Source: Candidatus Saccharimonadota bacterium (lineage in GTDB: Archaea; Micrarchaeota; Micrarchaeia; Micrarchaeales; Micrarchaeaceae). Taken from it: a DNA stretch of 32,000 bases. The notes under the pieces were generated by a model that was not told the origin of the DNA, did no database searches, and saw only the letters and a list, made by a program, of their open reading frames with translations. Both the position numbers and the translations under genes were made by a program. The stretch is from positions 60,001 to 92,000 of the forward strand of contig AP024486.1 of the NCBI GenBank assembly GCA_021654395.1. The letters run 5' to 3'. Below, piece by piece: positions 1 through 8,029 of this stretch (the stretch's first letter is position 1; each line of letters opens with the position of its first letter).

Positions 1-458
1 GCGGAGTTAACCTCGGAGCTTCATATATAATGCAAGCTTTAGTATATCAGAAAGGTGCAGGATCTGCTAGTCTATTAACAAATATACAATCAAATATAGG
101 GAATTACTATATATTCTCTAGCGGATTCTCTAACTTGCATTCCATATCTTACTACAATGGTAGCATAAATCAGATATGCAATGGCGCTAGTATACCACAT
201 AATAGATGGGTTCAGATAACTGCCTTTAGATACTATGACAACTTTAGCCTATACTACTCTAATTCATTTAACCTATCAAACTTTGGAGATCTGATATGTA
301 GCGGAAGCAGCAGCTCTATGGATAATATAGGAGGATTTGGTATTGCTAATGCTGGTCCTGGTAAGAGCTATTACGCTATAATATTAGTAAGAGAGGCTAT
401 GAGTAATGGTGGTATGCCAAGCTACTCTACAGAAGGATTCTATGTTATAACAACTTAG
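1..458 (+). CDS. C-terminal fragment of a probable secreted/surface beta-sandwich (LamG/concanavalin-like) protein; the 5' end lies outside the window
   Basis: The frame is open from base 3 to the TAG at 456-458, with no stop upstream of the listed ATG at 30, so the gene is cut by the window edge. The sequence is rich in Ser/Asn/Gly/Tyr. HNRWVQITAFRYYDNFSLYY resembles LamG-type core strands. The fold call is by eye only. Confidence 0.4.
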   Translation, partial: GVNLGASYIMQALVYQKGAGSASLLTNIQSNIGNYYIFSSGFSNLHSISYYNGSINQICNGASIPHNRWVQITAFRYYDNFSLYYSNSFNLSNFGDLICSGSSSSMDNIGGFGIANAGPGKSYYAIILVREAMSNGGMPSYSTEGFYVITT

Positions 459-521
459 TCAAGAATTATTAGGCTATATTAATAAATCTTTTTAGATTTA
501 GAATATATTATTAGTAGCACT

Positions 522-593
522 GCCCCAGTAACTCAGTGGCAGAGTGCCTGCATGGTAAGCAGGAAGTCGTGGGTTCAATTCCCACCTGGGGCT
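522..593 (+). tRNA. tRNA-Thr (anticodon GGU), no intron, CCA not encoded
   Basis: A manual cloverleaf fits. Acceptor GCCCCAG/CTGGGGC. D stem ACTC/GAGT. Anticodon stem CCTGC/GCAGG with loop AT-GGT-AA. T stem GTGGG/CCCAC with loop TTCAATT. Discriminator T at 593. Confidence 0.9.
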
Positions 594-806
594 AATGAAG
601 TTATTATAGTAAATGTACAACCTTAAATTATTTTACTTAAATTATCTTAGAGGCTTAGATATATAGAGAGATAATATTATTTTCTAATTGAGCTAGGCAG
701 CTAGTATAACTCCTCAGATCCATAGTCTTATACAAGATGATTATAAGCTTGATAGCTACATGATGCAATAATGCATATAGCTTGCTCACTAGATCAAAGA
801 GCTTAA

Positions 807-1574
807 TTAGCTGACTGTTATCACTACTGACTTAGATATATTATAGAAAGAGGCATTTATTACATAAGAGCCAGCAGTATTCGAATGGAAGTAAACTGTA
901 GCATATCCTGTAGCGTTAGTGTTCTGTAGATAGCTACTTAAGAAGCCACCATTAGAGCTAACAACTATACTTGCTCCTGGCAATGGCTTGTTATCGAAGC
1001 CAGCTAAGAATATAGTTATCTTAGCATACTGATTTAAAGAGAGAGATGTCTGATTAGCTGTTATATTGATATATAATGGCAGCACTACAGGAGCATTGTA
1101 ATGTGTAGCTCTTGCATACATATACCCAGAGTAAGTATTTATTGCTACATCGCTGCAGTTCTTGTTAAAGCACGTAGGTGCAGTCAGATATAGCTTTGCA
1201 TAAAACTCTGTTCCTGGGCTTATACCTTTATCTATTATACCATCGCATAGCACTATGCCTCCAGCAGCTATAAAGTTAGGTATACATCCTATACTATAGT
1301 TTGTATTACCGAGCTGTAGCTTTAGCGAAGGGCTACTCATATATAAGCCCTCTATATTATTTGCATATAATATAACCTGGGTTGCAGAGTTATTTATCTG
1401 TAAGACATAGTCATAATCGCAGCTAAAGCCTATCGAGAATCCGCAAGATGTTGGAGTAAATATATAATCATAGTTAACTATTATAAATAGGAGGCCTAGA
1501 GCAGCAGTTACTATTAGTAATGCACCACCATAAGCAACTAGTAGATCTATTGATGATTGAATACGCATTCCCAT
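807..1574 (-). CDS. Archaeal type IV pilin-like surface protein (class III signal peptide) with a C-terminal Ig-like domain
   Basis: The N-terminus MGMRIQSSIDLLVAYGGALLIVTAALGLLFIIV has a short basic leader, a QxSx(D/E) motif and a hydrophobic helix, as in DUF361-type archaeal prepilins. The rest is Ser/Asn/Thr/Tyr-rich with many N-x-S/T sequons. The C-terminal segment GASIVVSSNGG...TNATGYATVYFHSNTAGSYVINASF looks like a Big/CarboxypepD_reg-like beta-sandwich. The -1 residue (Ile) is atypical for a prepilin peptidase site. Confidence 0.55.
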   Translation of the reverse strand: MGMRIQSSIDLLVAYGGALLIVTAALGLLFIIVNYDYIFTPTSCGFSIGFSCDYDYVLQINNSATQVILYANNIEGLYMSSPSLKLQLGNTNYSIGCIPNFIAAGGIVLCDGIIDKGISPGTEFYAKLYLTAPTCFNKNCSDVAINTYSGYMYARATHYNAPVVLPLYINITANQTSLSLNQYAKITIFLAGFDNKPLPGASIVVSSNGGFLSSYLQNTNATGYATVYFHSNTAGSYVINASFYNISKSVVITVS

Positions 1575-1661
1575 CAGATAGATTATCTGCTTAAAGCTTT
1601 ATTAAATATGATTATAAAGATTAGAAAGAGGATCTTAATAGATCATATAGATAAAAGTAAA

Positions 1662-1904
1662 TTACGCTATCTGCCTTATGCTTCCATCATAATCTACATT
1701 AAAGATTACTTCTCTATGCTTGTATAGCTTTCTCTTGCTAATATCTGTCCAGCAGCTCTTGCATATAGCTAGTCTGTCTCTCGCCTTAACAACTCCTCTC
1801 TGAGATGCTTTTAGACAGTATCTGCAGATCTTCTTACCACAGTAGTTACAAACATCAAAGTGAACTATCTCTCTATTACATCTTTCACATCTTATTACTG
1901 CCAT
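1662..1904 (-). CDS. Small (80 aa) eight-cysteine zinc-binding protein with four CxxC pairs
   Basis: The spacing is C6-x2-C9-x9-C19-x2-C22-x4-C27-x2-C30-x17-C48-x2-C51, followed by a basic tail. I recognise no named family. Confidence 0.6.
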   Translation of the reverse strand: MAVIRCERCNREIVHFDVCNYCGKKICRYCLKASQRGVVKARDRLAICKSCWTDISKRKLYKHREVIFNVDYDGSIRQIA

Positions 1905-1972
1905 AAGTAATGATTAATAGCATAACTCTTTAATAAGTTATCTTAGACTTATCATATATCTAGAGTATAATT

Positions 1973-2605
1973 ATGAGCTACTTCGCATTGCTTTCGATAA
2001 TAAGTGGCTTTATAAGCTATATTCCATCAATAATAAAAAGCTACGGTTATATAGGCATAATTGCATTAATGATTCTAGAGTCTGCTTCAGTTCCTATACC
2101 GAGCGAGGTAGTACTGCCGTTATCTGGATTTCTTGCATATCAAGGCCTCTTAAATATATATCTTGCTATAGCAGCTTCAGTAATAGGCTCTATAATCGGC
2201 ATACTTATAGATTACTATATAGGATACATTATAGGAAAGGATGTTATATATAAACATAGTCGAAGATTACATATAAGCAAGGAGAGCATTGACAGCTTTG
2301 ACAGATGGTTCAATAAGAATGGAAAGGCAGCAGTACTGTTTGTCAGATTTATACCTTTACTGAGAGGTCTAGTTAGCTTTCCTGCAGGCTTCTCTAGGAT
2401 GAGTATAAAAGACTTTATACTATACTCTGCAGTAGGAATAGTAGCTTATAATACAGTACTTATATACTATGGATTCTATCTAGGGAAGGCTTACTCTACC
2501 GCATCTGGCAGCAGCTACACTGTAATAGCTGTAATGCTAGCGGCATTCGCTATAGCGCTGTATATGATCTACTACATCTTTATGAGATATATAGCTAAGA
2601 AGTAG
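1973..2605 (+). CDS. dedA: DedA/SNARE-associated family membrane protein
   Basis: LESASVPIPSEVVLPLSGFLA and FVRFIPLLRGLVSFPAGFSRM match the DedA signature regions. Hydrophobic helices flank them. Confidence 0.8.
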   Translation: MSYFALLSIISGFISYIPSIIKSYGYIGIIALMILESASVPIPSEVVLPLSGFLAYQGLLNIYLAIAASVIGSIIGILIDYYIGYIIGKDVIYKHSRRLHISKESIDSFDRWFNKNGKAAVLFVRFIPLLRGLVSFPAGFSRMSIKDFILYSAVGIVAYNTVLIYYGFYLGKAYSTASGSSYTVIAVMLAAFAIALYMIYYIFMRYIAKK

Positions 2606-2612
2606 TTAGATT

Positions 2613-2628
2613 AAAAGCTTTATTATAA
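2613..2628 (+). promoter_or_regulatory. BRE/TATA-like box AAAAGCTTTATTATAA upstream of the nuclease-alaS-carS gene string
   Basis: The same AAGCTTTAT core recurs about 50-60 nt upstream of two other + strand first genes, at 21191 and 22809. No transcript data are available. Confidence 0.4.
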
Positions 2629-2676
2629 TAAATAGTATATAGCAGCCGCTTTAGATCTACTGCTTAGAAGATCTTT

Positions 2677-3591
2677 ATGCTTAATATAGAGAGATTTAAG
2701 AAAGATCATATAAATGTAACCGATCTAGCTATGCAGATATGGTGTGAGAAGCAATTAGAGCTATCTATAATGAATCCGCAAGAGGCTACAGAGAGTATGA
2801 AGATCGGCAGATCTGTACATCTGGTATTAGAAAAGGCCGTTAGTATACCAGTAAATATTAAAGCAACCAATAGGAAGGAGCAGCTATATAAGTCTATATT
2901 TACAGCTTACTATAGAATTAAGGTCCTGAAAGATAGAGGGATAGGAAGTGTAAGAGAGATTCCTATATATGCGATAATAGATGATTTAGTAATAGCAGGA
3001 AAGATAGATCAGCTAAGCTTCTTTAATAACGAGCTAGTAATAGTAGAGGATAAGACCAAGAGTACAGAGATATTTAATAGTATGCTTAATGATGGTAGGA
3101 TAGCAGCATATCTAAATAGGGATACATATCAGCTTAATATCTATAGATATATGATAGACTCTTTGAAGAGAATAGATGGAGAGAGCTTTATGAATAATCT
3201 AGAGAGTAAGCTTAGATTAAGCAGCTTATCTGTAAGAGAGCGCTTTATAGAAGATATTAATAGAATAGATCCTAGAATAGATAGCATAAAGCAGCTCTTT
3301 AAAGAGTTCATAAATGAGCTTAATGAGATAAGATTTAGCGATAGAATGAGTATAAGATATATAGATAGAAATGACTCTGAATCTGTATTAGAAAGGTATG
3401 ATGTAATCTATAGAAGAGATAGAATAGAAGATAAGCTGAGATCTTTGCTTGAGTACTGGAAGACTGATAGAGAGGCTAAGGGAGTGAGTGAGAATGAGGC
3501 ATGGAAGTGTAAGAGCTGCATATTCTACAGAAGAGCTATATGTAATATTACTCCATTAAAGAGGAATGATCTATATGGAAGCTCCAGATAA
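2677..3591 (+). CDS. PD-(D/E)XK nuclease of the Cas4/RecB/Exonuclease V (EXO5)-like type with Fe-S cluster cysteines
   Basis: The N-terminal VTDLAMQIWCEKQ carries the first Cys. The catalytic core is GKIDQL...VIVEDKTK plus YQLNIYRYM (QxxxY). The C-terminal C-x2-C-x8-C (WKCKSCIFYRRAIC) completes a four-Cys cluster pattern. The 3' end overlaps alaS. Confidence 0.65.
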   Translation: MLNIERFKKDHINVTDLAMQIWCEKQLELSIMNPQEATESMKIGRSVHLVLEKAVSIPVNIKATNRKEQLYKSIFTAYYRIKVLKDRGIGSVREIPIYAIIDDLVIAGKIDQLSFFNNELVIVEDKTKSTEIFNSMLNDGRIAAYLNRDTYQLNIYRYMIDSLKRIDGESFMNNLESKLRLSSLSVRERFIEDINRIDPRIDSIKQLFKEFINELNEIRFSDRMSIRYIDRNDSESVLERYDVIYRRDRIEDKLRSLLEYWKTDREAKGVSENEAWKCKSCIFYRRAICNITPLKRNDLYGSSR

Positions 3592-6235
3592 AGAGTCATT
3601 AAGAAAGGATTTCTCTAATAGATATAAAGAGTTTTATAGCACGAAGCTGTTTGAAGATGAAGGCTTCATTAGAAAGCAGTGTAAGCTATGTGGCAAGTTC
3701 TTCTGGACATTAGATGCAGATAGAGAGCTGTGCGGAGATCCGGAGCATGAGAGCTACTCATTCTTTAAGAGTAAGCCTATAGATATAAGCTACTATGAGC
3801 TATGGCAGAGATTTGCAGACTTCTTTAAGAGAAATGGACACACAGAGATAAGCAGATACCCTGTTGTAAGCAGATGGAGGCAAGATCTATACTTTACTAT
3901 AGCAAGTATACAGGATTTTCAGAGAATTGAGCATGGAAAGATGAGCTTTGAGTATCCAGCCAATCCTTTAATAGTGCCACAGATCTGCTTAAGATTTAAC
4001 GATATACCAAATGCAGGAGTTAGTGGCAGGCACTTTACATCATTTATGATGGCAGGACAGCATGCATTTAACTATCCAGAGGAAGGCTACTGGAGAGACA
4101 GAACAATAGAGCTTAACTTTAAGCTGCTTACAGAGATATTAGGAGTTGATAAAAATAAGCTCACATATGTAGAGGATGTATGGGCAATGAATGACATGTC
4201 AGAGTTTGGACCATGCTTGGAGAGCTTCTCTGGAGGCCTAGAGCTTGTCAATAGCGTATTTACACAGTTTGGATATGATGGAAGCTCGGTATACGAATTA
4301 AACTCCAAGGTAGTTGATGTAGGCTGGGGCTTTGAGAGGCTATTATGGTTCTATACAGGAAGATATACTGCATATGAGGCAGTATTTAAGAATGAGATAG
4401 ATTATATAGAGAAGACAGGATCTATAAAGTTTGACCATGAGCTTTACTCAAAGATTGCAAGCATCTCTGGAATGTATGATCTATCTGAAGGTGATACTGA
4501 AAGATATATAAATGAGATAACATCAAAGGCAGGTATAGATATTAACAGCTATAACAGTATAATAAGACCTATGCAAGCAACCTATGCAATACTAGATCAT
4601 CTAAGAACTCTACTATTTGCTATAACTGATGGTGCGCTGCCAAGCAATGTTGGAGGGGGTTATAATATAAGGATTATATTAAGAAGAGCGTTTGACTTTA
4701 TCGATCTATATAATATAGAGCTAGATTATGAGAAGCTTCTTGAGCTGATAGCATTAGATCTAAAAGGCTTATATCCGGAGCTTCTTGATAATATAGATAC
4801 TGTTAAGAAAGTAATCTCCATAGAAAGAGAGCGCTATAATAAGACAAGAGAGAATGCTAAGAAGATACTTAGCAGTATAAAGGATATAGATAAGCTAGAT
4901 GCTAAGACAGCAAAGCTGCTTTATGAAAGTCATGGAATAACTCCACATATGCTAAAAGAGTATACTAATATAAGCCCTGAGAAGTTAGATAGCTTATATA
5001 GAGAGTTCACCAGAGATAACATAGCTGAAAGGCATAAGAAGAGCAAGGATCAGCTAGCGCTAGAGTTAAAGATAGATCTAAGCAGCATAAAGAAGACAGA
5101 GAAGCTCTACTATAAGAACTATATGGAAGCAGAGGCAGAGGTCTTATATGCAAAGGATAGATATATTATACTAGATAAAACTCCATTCTATCCAGAGGGC
5201 GGAGGACAGGAGTCTGATAAGGGCTATATAGACAATATACGTATAGAGGATGTACAGATAGTAGATGATGTAGTAATACATATAGCAGATAAGCCTATAA
5301 AAGAGCTGAGCAAGGGAATGAAGGTTATATGTAAGGTAGATAAAGAGAGAAGATTAAGGCTTATGGCTCATCATACAGCAACTCATCTAATAAGTGCAGC
5401 TGCTAGAAAGGTTCTAGGTAAGCATGCATGGCAAGAAGGAGCTCATAAAGGCTTTGATAAGGCGCATATAGATATAACGCACTATGAAAGACTATCTGAT
5501 GAGGAGGTAAAGGCTATAGAGAGGCAGGCAAATGATTATATACTAAATGGTATAAGAGTAAATATAAAGGAGATGGAGAGAGGAGAGGCAGAGTCTATCT
5601 ACGGCTTTTCAATCTATCAGGGCCATGGAATGCCTACAAAGAGATTAAGGATAGTTGAGATAACAGATACTAATGGAGAGCTTATAGATGCTGAGGCATG
5701 CGGAGGACTACATCTTATGAATATGGAGTCTAGAGTAGGGCTTATAAATATACTAAAGAGCTACAGAATTCATGATGGAATTGATAGGATAGAGTTTACG
5801 GCAGGATATGCAACTTATAGCTACATAAGCAGCATAAAGGAGATATCTAAGAGATTTTATGATAGATTAAATATCGAGCTTAACGAGAATGGATTAGAGC
5901 AGCTTAGTAATAGGATAGAGCAGCTCAACGCAAGAATAAGATCTTATAATGATGAGCTTCTAAGGCTTTACAGAGATTATATAATTAACAATAAGAATAA
6001 TGAGCTAATAACTATAAAAGAGACTCCTTTAGAGTTAAAGGATATAATAAAGCTATCAGAGGAGCTTATGAAAGACAATAAGCTAAGCATAATAGCGATA
6101 GATAAGGAAGGCAGTATAATAGCTATGAGCAACAAAGAGAATGCGCTAGATCTGATAAATAGATATGCAAGAAGCATAGGCAAAGGCTTTAAAGGAGGAG
6201 GTAATAGTAAGCTAGCACAGGGTAGACTCGTTTGA
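3575..6235 (+). CDS. alaS: Alanyl-tRNA synthetase, archaeal type
   Basis: The length and N-terminal CKLCGKFFWTLD region fit archaeal AlaRS. The editing domain has HHTATH and ACGGLH. The C-terminus has a DHHA1-like GGGNSKLAQG. I moved the start from the listed 3566 to ATG 3575, because 3566 sits inside an SD-like GGAATGATC. Confidence 0.95.
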   Translation: MEAPDKESLRKDFSNRYKEFYSTKLFEDEGFIRKQCKLCGKFFWTLDADRELCGDPEHESYSFFKSKPIDISYYELWQRFADFFKRNGHTEISRYPVVSRWRQDLYFTIASIQDFQRIEHGKMSFEYPANPLIVPQICLRFNDIPNAGVSGRHFTSFMMAGQHAFNYPEEGYWRDRTIELNFKLLTEILGVDKNKLTYVEDVWAMNDMSEFGPCLESFSGGLELVNSVFTQFGYDGSSVYELNSKVVDVGWGFERLLWFYTGRYTAYEAVFKNEIDYIEKTGSIKFDHELYSKIASISGMYDLSEGDTERYINEITSKAGIDINSYNSIIRPMQATYAILDHLRTLLFAITDGALPSNVGGGYNIRIILRRAFDFIDLYNIELDYEKLLELIALDLKGLYPELLDNIDTVKKVISIERERYNKTRENAKKILSSIKDIDKLDAKTAKLLYESHGITPHMLKEYTNISPEKLDSLYREFTRDNIAERHKKSKDQLALELKIDLSSIKKTEKLYYKNYMEAEAEVLYAKDRYIILDKTPFYPEGGGQESDKGYIDNIRIEDVQIVDDVVIHIADKPIKELSKGMKVICKVDKERRLRLMAHHTATHLISAAARKVLGKHAWQEGAHKGFDKAHIDITHYERLSDEEVKAIERQANDYILNGIRVNIKEMERGEAESIYGFSIYQGHGMPTKRLRIVEITDTNGELIDAEACGGLHLMNMESRVGLINILKSYRIHDGIDRIEFTAGYATYSYISSIKEISKRFYDRLNIELNENGLEQLSNRIEQLNARIRSYNDELLRLYRDYIINNKNNELITIKETPLELKDIIKLSEELMKDNKLSIIAIDKEGSIIAMSNKENALDLINRYARSIGKGFKGGGNSKLAQGRLV

Positions 6236-6729
6236 ACATTCTATCTCAGCTAATATATGCATTATTCTACATACTTCCAGCCTATGTGGCTAACGCTGCC
6301 CCAGTTATCTTTAGTGGATGGGGCCCATTAGACAGAGGCCTAACTATTAAAGGTAAGAGACTGTTTGGAGATCACAAAACTATTAGAGGAACGATATTTG
6401 GCTTTGTATCTGGAGTTACTATGGGCTTAATAGAGAATATACTATTAAATGGCTTTATATATGCAGCATTACTAACCTCTCTTGGCGCCATACTGGGAGA
6501 TCTTATCGGTAGCTTTATTAAAAGAAGAATTGGAATGAGGCCAGGGGAGCAGCTTATTGTAATGGATCAGTACGGCTTCCTTATATTCGCTTTTATATTT
6601 GGCTTAATAGATATAGCATATATACCAAGCATATACGGAGTGGCTTTCGCATTTATAATTACATTTATAATGCATAAGTTAACAAACATGCTAGCTTATG
6701 CGCTTAAGCTTAAGGATGTGCCTTGGTAG
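6232..6729 (+). CDS. carS: CDP-archaeol synthase (CarS, DUF46 family)
   Basis: LPAYVANAAPVIF and GDHKTIRGT match CarS N-terminal signatures, and the protein is a small polytopic membrane protein. The TTG start overlaps the alaS TGA, which suggests translational coupling. Confidence 0.75.
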   Translation: MNILSQLIYALFYILPAYVANAAPVIFSGWGPLDRGLTIKGKRLFGDHKTIRGTIFGFVSGVTMGLIENILLNGFIYAALLTSLGAILGDLIGSFIKRRIGMRPGEQLIVMDQYGFLIFAFIFGLIDIAYIPSIYGVAFAFIITFIMHKLTNMLAYALKLKDVPW

Positions 6730-7953
6730 TTAATCGCTTAGTGTTGCATATCCGGTTAATCTCCATCTATTGTTATCCCTTCTAAAAACAGCTATCTTCG
6801 AGCTCTTTAGAATTACAACAGGCTTAGATAGATTAACTGTTATCTTATCTTTCTTAACCTTTGTTACTACCCCAACAGTTGTTGCTGTTCCTACAATTAA
6901 GACTAGCTGCTCATTCTCTATAAACCCTCTCTTAGGAATATCTGGTCTATTTAGATTATGGTAGCTTAGAGTGCAGCTCTTTATAGCATCTGGTGCTCTT
7001 CCTTTTAACCCAACTACGCTTCCAACTAGGCTATCTGACTTTGTAAAGAATGGATCGATCTCTGTTGCAAATGCGACTAATCCACCAGCTATAGCTTCAT
7101 CTAATCTATCGTTAAATGCGTATATACTCTTTATTCTAGTTGTTATTGTATGATAATCTTCATGCTCGCCTTTTAACTTTATCTTAACACCAGGCTTAAT
7201 CTCTATAATATCATTAACCTTAAACTTACCTTGAATTATTGATCCGCCTATAACTCCTCCTTTAAGATCGCTTATCTTTGTACCTGGTTTATTTATATCG
7301 AATGATCTTGCTACATACATTAAAGGATCATCATCTAGCTTTCTATCAGGAACCTTTATCTCTAGTATAAGCTTAAGAAGATAGTCTATGTTAAGATCCT
7401 GGGTTGATACAACAGGAACTATTGGAGCATTCTCCATAACTGTACCTTTAACAAACTCCTTTATCTGTTTATAATGATTCTTTGCAGCCTCCTTGCCAAC
7501 TATATCTACCTTTGTCTGAACTATTATTATGTTCTTAATACCAAGCATATTTACTACCATCGCATGCTCTCTTGTTTGTGGCATAGGGCAAGGCTCATTG
7601 GCAGCGATAACAAATAGTACGGCATCTATTATATTTGATGCTGCTATTGCTGTAGCCATTAATGTCTCGTGGCCTGGTGAATCGATTATAGATATTCTTC
7701 TAACCTCCTCTGTCTTAGAGCCGCAGTACTTACATCTCTCATTTATAGAGTAGCATCTTGGCTCCTCACATACAGGACATCTTCTTATAGCGACATCTGC
7801 ATAACCAAGCTTTATAGTCATATTTCTTTTTATACTCTCGCTAAACTTATCTGTCCATACACCCGTTAATGCTTTAGTTAATGTTGTCTTACCATGATCA
7901 ACGTGACCCAGAGTTCCTATAGTTATTACCCCTTGCTTACTTATTGAATTCAT
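6730..7953 (-). CDS. eif2g: Translation initiation factor aIF2 gamma subunit
   Basis: GTPase motifs GHVDHGKTT, DSPGH and QTKVD are present. The archaeal/eukaryotic zinc ribbon CPVC...CKYCGS is present. An SD-like GAGTGATC sits just upstream of the ATG. Confidence 0.95.
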   Translation of the reverse strand: MNSISKQGVITIGTLGHVDHGKTTLTKALTGVWTDKFSESIKRNMTIKLGYADVAIRRCPVCEEPRCYSINERCKYCGSKTEEVRRISIIDSPGHETLMATAIAASNIIDAVLFVIAANEPCPMPQTREHAMVVNMLGIKNIIIVQTKVDIVGKEAAKNHYKQIKEFVKGTVMENAPIVPVVSTQDLNIDYLLKLILEIKVPDRKLDDDPLMYVARSFDINKPGTKISDLKGGVIGGSIIQGKFKVNDIIEIKPGVKIKLKGEHEDYHTITTRIKSIYAFNDRLDEAIAGGLVAFATEIDPFFTKSDSLVGSVVGLKGRAPDAIKSCTLSYHNLNRPDIPKRGFIENEQLVLIVGTATTVGVVTKVKKDKITVNLSKPVVILKSSKIAVFRRDNNRWRLTGYATLSD

Positions 7954-8029
7954 CAGATCACTCGTTTATATTCTAATAATTAGAAAGAGAAATCTTATAA
8001 ATAGATTAAGTATATAATAAGAAAAGAGA

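Noticed and set aside
757-814. A possible C/D-box sRNA, with ATGATGC as the C box, CTGA as the D box and about 58 nt between them.
   Set aside because: The C box is imperfect. There are no recognisable D'/C' boxes and no terminal stem. The CTGA lies inside the last codons of the pilin-like gene. The evidence is too weak to call.
3566-3577. An apparent conserved N-terminal peptide MIYM/MIWM shared by four unrelated proteins.
   Set aside because: It is explained by the ORF caller starting inside the GGTGATC Shine-Dalgarno (ATG or GTG within ..TGATC..). It is not a real shared signal peptide.
2677-3591. The Cas4-like nuclease as evidence of a CRISPR-Cas locus.
   Set aside because: No repeats, cas1/cas2 or effector genes occur anywhere in the window, and the gene is embedded among housekeeping genes.
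4087-6183. Minus-strand ORFs 4087-4308 and 5977-6183 inside alaS.
   Set aside because: They are shadow ORFs within a confidently identified AlaRS, with low-complexity hydrophobic or Ser-rich translations.
6770-7753. + strand ORFs 6770-6964, 6971-7153 and 7529-7753 inside eif2g.
   Set aside because: They are antisense to aIF2-gamma, with no independent signals.
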